Source of the DNA: Candidatus Woesearchaeota archaeon
GTDB taxonomy: Archaea; Nanobdellota; Nanobdellia; Woesearchaeales; SM23-78
Direction of reading: 5' to 3'
Assembly (NCBI GenBank): GCA_016933095.1
Contig: JAFGBP010000069.1
Location: 1 to 55,869 of the forward strand
Length of the DNA: 55,869 bases
In this document: positions 51,847 through 55,869 of the stretch, piece by piece
How positions within the stretch are numbered: position 1 is the stretch's first letter
Layout of the letters: every line of letters starts with the position of its first letter
Made by a program: the position numbers and the translations under genes
Notes under the pieces: model-generated
Database searches by the model: none
What the model saw: the letters and a program-made list of their open reading frames with translations, nothing else
What the model was told of the DNA's origin: nothing

Positions 51847-53486
51847 TTTTCCAGATGCCTCCTTATGAACTCCATCTCTGTTATCAGGTGAAATCTCGTC
51901 CTTATCTCGCTTAAGGAACGCATATTGATGCTTCCAGTCACGTCGATTCCGGCAATCCTCGTTCTTGAGTAATCATATGAGCTGAGGAAATCCCGGCTCA
52001 GCATCTCCCAATCAAGCATTCCCTGGAAACTGATGGCAGGATACAGCGGTATCTTAATGCCTGTCTTGTTGTACACCTTCCATTTGAGCGCTAGTATGGA
52101 TGACTTGATCTGCTTGAGCCTGCTTCCGTCATGAAGATTATATGGCTTTCTTTCGGGCCTTATCTTAGCAAGATCCGGATGGAGCGTCTGTATGAATAAG
52201 TTATAGAATTTGCTGTCTTGAAGGTGCTCTACAGGGATCTTTAATGCGAACTCCACCACATCTATGTCTGCGAATGGAGAGAAGGTCTTGTACTTGCCGT
52301 AATAGTCAAAAAAGGCACTGTTCTTGATGAAGTGAAGCTGCCGGTTCTCGAAGTTGAATGCTTCACAGGTCTTCCATGCCACGGTCTTCTTTGAGCCATT
52401 GTAGTGTTGGAGATCCTTCTTGACTGCCGACATTAGATTGTCCGATATCCTAACTGACTTACTCTTTAGTTCATATCTTCCTCTTATATGAGCTACAGGG
52501 TCTCCTTCTGTGAGCTCGCCTTCTTTTATGTGGCTTCCGAAGATGTTATCTCCGTTGAAACCTGTGAGTATTGATCTTGTCTTCGGGAGATCCTCAGTCA
52601 CGGAAGCATACGGTGAATATAGGATGTTCAGCAATGGCTTCTTCGCCACATGCTCTTCTATCCTGTTCCAGGCCTGTTTCCTGACAGCTATGAGTTTTAG
52701 GTCTATCTTGAGGCTCTTAGCGATCTGCTTGGCGATTTTGAATGCATCCGAGCCTTTGTGGCTTATCACGAACGCTCTCAATGGGATATTTTCAGTCAAT
52801 GCATACCTCGCTACGATCCTGCTGTCAAGACCTCCGGAGATACCTATTGACATCGCTTCATTGTTCATGCTCTTTATTCTCTTCATAGCCTTATGCATCA
52901 GGGAATCTAGCTTGATCAATGCTTTTTTTATGTCAAAATCATTGTCTTCTGCATGTCCGTATCTCCAGAATGACTTCGTCTTCGTGGCTCCACCTTTCCG
53001 GATTGTCTTTATGGTGGCATAGGGGAGTATCTTTACCTCTTTCAGGAAGGTCCTGTCCAGAAGGCTGTGTTCATACAGCACCATCTCTGCACACGCGATC
53101 TTATCTAGATTCTTTTCACCCCATAGCCTCTCTTTGAGAATCTGCGTGAAATCAGTCGCGATCATTATCTCTTTCCTGCTGTGCATGTAGTAGACATCTC
53201 CAAGTCCGAGCTGGTCGTTGAAGATTGTTATCTCTGCTTTATCCTTGTCTATGATGCATCCGCAGTACCTTCCTTTGAATATTCGGAGGTCAGAGTTGAG
53301 GCCTTTTCTTGAGATCTCTGAGAAGAGATCTTCCGGATGCAGCTTGATGTCAGGATATAACTGGCCCTCGAGCAACATCAGCTTTCTAGCTCTCTTCAGC
53401 TCAATGGTCTCGGGCCCTTTAAAGTAACTGAACTGGCCGAATTGTTTCCATTTTCCGGTCTTCTTGTCTGTCGTTGTTATCATCAT
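51843..53486 (-). CDS. Asparagine synthetase (AsnB)-like amidotransferase without the N-terminal catalytic Cys.
   Basis: PP-loop SIGISGGLDSRIVARYA. N-domain remnant GRYCGCIIDKDKAEITIFNDQLGLGDVYY. The N-terminus is MMITTTDKK rather than MCG. Confidence 0.8.
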   Translation of the reverse strand: MMITTTDKKTGKWKQFGQFSYFKGPETIELKRARKLMLLEGQLYPDIKLHPEDLFSEISRKGLNSDLRIFKGRYCGCIIDKDKAEITIFNDQLGLGDVYYMHSRKEIMIATDFTQILKERLWGEKNLDKIACAEMVLYEHSLLDRTFLKEVKILPYATIKTIRKGGATKTKSFWRYGHAEDNDFDIKKALIKLDSLMHKAMKRIKSMNNEAMSIGISGGLDSRIVARYALTENIPLRAFVISHKGSDAFKIAKQIAKSLKIDLKLIAVRKQAWNRIEEHVAKKPLLNILYSPYASVTEDLPKTRSILTGFNGDNIFGSHIKEGELTEGDPVAHIRGRYELKSKSVRISDNLMSAVKKDLQHYNGSKKTVAWKTCEAFNFENRQLHFIKNSAFFDYYGKYKTFSPFADIDVVEFALKIPVEHLQDSKFYNLFIQTLHPDLAKIRPERKPYNLHDGSRLKQIKSSILALKWKVYNKTGIKIPLYPAISFQGMLDWEMLSRDFLSSYDYSRTRIAGIDVTGSINMRSLSEIRTRFHLITEMEFIRRHLEK

Positions 53487-54754
53487 TGTACGGTCATCTC
53501 CTTATGCAGCAGCCTGAAATACACGATGTATGATGCTATGGCTGTGTACGTTGCACATATTAGCGTGCTGTATATCACTCCCATGAATCCGAATCTCCAT
53601 ATGAATAGGATATCAAGGGATATATTCAGAAAACCAGCAATTACCATTATCTTGAGCATCTCTTTGGCTTTTCCAGTGGGTATGAAGTGTGCTTGGCTTA
53701 GGAATGTTGAGGCAAACCTGAATGGCACCACAAATATGAGCAGGCCGAACATGAGCCTGGTTTCGACTGTGAAGTATTTGGTAAAGAATGACGAGATGAT
53801 TTCTGGGATGATGAAGTATGCCGCGACGCTTATTATCGTGGCTATGATCAGGACAATCCCTGTCTCCTCCAACATGTTCTTCTTGACGTCGTGGTGCTTT
53901 TTGAGAGTGTGTAACCTTGTTGTGTTTGGGGCTATTATTTGTCCGAATATGACGGCCGGCAGTATGATGAAATCAAACAGTCGCACCAGCACCTCGTAAT
54001 ACCCTATTTCTTTAAGGAACCCGAATTGCTTGAGGATGATTATGTCGGCTCTGCTGTACATGAAGAATGCGAATGATGATAGGCCGAGGATTATGCTGTA
54101 TGTGAGTATTTGTCTCAGCAGGTCTTTGTTTATCTTCCATTCTATCTCTTTTCTCATCCTTATGAATAAGAAGACTGCGAGGAGGATGAAGAAGATGTTC
54201 TGTGCGGCGATGGCCCCAAGGATGCTGAATTTCATTATCAGGAAGTAGGCTGATGCCACTGTGATTATGCCTGCCACGGTGGCGATGATAGAGAGTTCTT
54301 TGAACCTCTTCTGCCCTCGATAGATGCCATCAAGCACACTTGAGATTGGCAGGAAGAACAGGTATGGGATGTAGAACAGTATGAATCCATAGTTCTCTTT
54401 GAAGATCATTTTTCCGAAGATGAGGAGTGTGAGGGTTATCAGGGAGATGAGAGCTCCGACTGCAACTGTTGATGAGAACAGGATCTGCTTGGCTCCTTTT
54501 GTGTCTTTGGCCTCGGTCTCGGCTACGTATTTGGAGGTGGCTTGTGATATGCCGAAATCCCCGAATAGGGTGAGGAGGTAGGCAACTGCCGTGAGATAAG
54601 TATAGAGTCCAAACTGCTCTGGTTCCAGAAATTTTGTTGTGATCAGGAATGTCAGGAATGTGATTAGTTGTTTCCCGAATATCTGAAGGCTTCTCCAGAA
54701 GAAATTCTTCGTGTTTGCTTTGTTTTTGTGATATATTCTCTTGAAATGTTTCAT
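53483..54754 (-). CDS. Wzx-like polysaccharide flippase (MOP superfamily).
   Basis: About 12 TM helices. N-terminal FFWRSLQIFGKQLITFLTFLITTKFLEPEQFGLY is typical of the Polysacc_synt family. It is the first gene of the operon. Confidence 0.8.
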   Translation of the reverse strand: MKHFKRIYHKNKANTKNFFWRSLQIFGKQLITFLTFLITTKFLEPEQFGLYTYLTAVAYLLTLFGDFGISQATSKYVAETEAKDTKGAKQILFSSTVAVGALISLITLTLLIFGKMIFKENYGFILFYIPYLFFLPISSVLDGIYRGQKRFKELSIIATVAGIITVASAYFLIMKFSILGAIAAQNIFFILLAVFLFIRMRKEIEWKINKDLLRQILTYSIILGLSSFAFFMYSRADIIILKQFGFLKEIGYYEVLVRLFDFIILPAVIFGQIIAPNTTRLHTLKKHHDVKKNMLEETGIVLIIATIISVAAYFIIPEIISSFFTKYFTVETRLMFGLLIFVVPFRFASTFLSQAHFIPTGKAKEMLKIMVIAGFLNISLDILFIWRFGFMGVIYSTLICATYTAIASYIVYFRLLHKEMTVQ

Positions 54755-54845
54755 CTTTACTACTAATTGATAAAGAAAATCGAGGTCTTTATAAAGTTTT
54801 TTGATTCCTGTCTCCGCAACCTTTAAATATGTTTATCCCTGAAGT

Positions 54846-55196
54846 TTGTTCATGGGAAGGATGGCTCTGGGTGCTTTGCTTATGATTGCGTTCCTGTTGT
54901 ATGGCTGCTCTGAGGCGGTGCCTTCGGGGGACTTTTCTGGCATGAATGGGTCTGTGGATGAGCCTGTGCTTGATTCTGGTGGAATCGATTCGGAGAACTT
55001 ATCCGGGGTTGCTATTTCTGGGGAGGGTCCTGTTGAGATTTCTGCGATTTTGCCTTGTGCTGGCTTGGAGGGTCCGCCGCGTTATGATTGTCTGAAAGAA
55101 TACGGCTCTGCAGCCGGGCTGGAATCTTGTGGTGTGTTCGAGGATCCTGCCGATCTTGCCATGTGCGAAAGCGGCGTTGTGGGGTTTGATAGTTGA
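54846..55196 (+). CDS. Small secreted lipoprotein; function unknown.
   Basis: LGALLMIAFLLYGCSEA (signal plus lipobox-like Cys). TTG start with ATG alternatives at 54852 and 54861. Confidence 0.5.
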   Translation: MFMGRMALGALLMIAFLLYGCSEAVPSGDFSGMNGSVDEPVLDSGGIDSENLSGVAISGEGPVEISAILPCAGLEGPPRYDCLKEYGSAAGLESCGVFEDPADLAMCESGVVGFDS

Positions 55197-55332
55197 ACTT
55201 TCTTTCTGTGATGGGGGGGTTTGTAGAAGGTCAGATTAGCCCAGTTTACTTATCTTATTATATTATTATATAATCTAATGAGTTATTAATCCGCAACATT
55301 TATAAATAAGAGAACCTAATTACAATATTAGC

Positions 55333-55851
55333 TTGCTTAATACGGATATTTTATATAATGGAATAAGTAATGCTGTATCTGGGACAGTTAGTGATCTGGA
55401 TGTCATCAGGGCACTGGAATCTTTACTCGACATCTACAAAGAATCAAACAAAAAAGAAGGTCAGTATTTCCTGCCGCTGGAGTTGTTCTCTGAAAGGAGG
55501 CTTGGCGTCCTAGAAATCGTGATAAAGTACCTTCACGAGGGTCGTGGACTGAGCTATGGTCGGATAGCTGATATCCTATGCAGGGACGACCGGACTATAT
55601 GGGCCTCCTATCACTCATCTGTGAGAAAACTCAAATCTCCTTTGCGGATCGGATCTCAGACGAATATCATGATTCCATCTTCTATTTTCAACAATCGTGT
55701 GCTTGGGCCTCTCGAAGCCCTTGTCATATACCTCAAGAGAGACTGCGGCCTCTCATTCAAGGAAATCTCTCTTAAGCTTAAACGAGAATATTGCGTGATC
55801 TGGCTATCATACAGGAAAGGCACTGACAAGCTCTTGAAAGTGAAAAGATGA
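55333..55851 (+). CDS. Protein with two tandem sigma70-region-4/LuxR-like HTH modules; possible regulator.
   Basis: Internal repeat: LPLELFSERRLGVLEIVIKYLHEGRGLSYGRIADILCRDDRTIWASYHSSVRKL against IPSSIFNNRVLGPLEALVIYLKRDCGLSFKEISLKLKREYCVIWLSYRKGTDKL. TTG start about 25 nt after the TATA-like CATTTATAAATAAG. Confidence 0.55.
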   Translation: MLNTDILYNGISNAVSGTVSDLDVIRALESLLDIYKESNKKEGQYFLPLELFSERRLGVLEIVIKYLHEGRGLSYGRIADILCRDDRTIWASYHSSVRKLKSPLRIGSQTNIMIPSSIFNNRVLGPLEALVIYLKRDCGLSFKEISLKLKREYCVIWLSYRKGTDKLLKVKR

Positions 55852-55869
55852 ACGAAAGAAGGCTAAACC

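Noticed and set aside
55848-55869. A new ORF starting at ATG 55848 and overlapping the stop of 55333..55851 (ATGA overlap).
   Set aside because: Only 7 codons are visible before the window ends, which is too little to support a call.

Overview
This window is an archaeal chromosomal segment. The core genes present are proteasome alpha, the exosome subunits Rrp4/Rrp41/Rrp42, Cbf5, RpoK, RNase P Pop5, SBDS, RtcA and ribosomal protein L11. Many starts sit 25-30 nt downstream of TATA-like boxes (TTTATATA / TTTAAATA), and others follow GGAGG-type RBSs. I cannot place the lineage; the gene content and the many cysteine-rich surface proteins would fit an uncultivated, possibly DPANN-like, archaeon.

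The window has three parts:
- 1-27.9 kb: housekeeping genes, including the Pop5-psmA-SBDS-rrp4-rrp41-rrp42-rpoK superoperon, mixed with lineage-specific genes. These include an MNT/HEPN pair, a ThyA-like protein without the catalytic Cys, and three proteins that share a novel C-terminal helical module.
- 28-36 kb: a cell-surface island. It encodes PT-linker proteins, two beta-barrel-like secreted proteins and cysteine-rich modular giants.
- 36.5-54.8 kb: the most interesting part. It holds a Wzz-like gene, three tandem PEF-CTERM cargo genes, two toxin-antitoxin modules, and an 11-gene translationally coupled glycan-assembly operon. That operon has an archaeosortase embedded between a GT4 gene and the priming sugar transferase. 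This looks like an archaeal counterpart of bacterial exosortase/PEP-CTERM EPS loci.

I found no rRNA, tRNA, CRISPR array or transposase. A 43-44 nt imperfect-hairpin element occurs three times, each time upstream of and in the same orientation as a gene: rrp4, cbf5 and an unknown gene. All functional calls come from motif recognition by eye; no database search was run.
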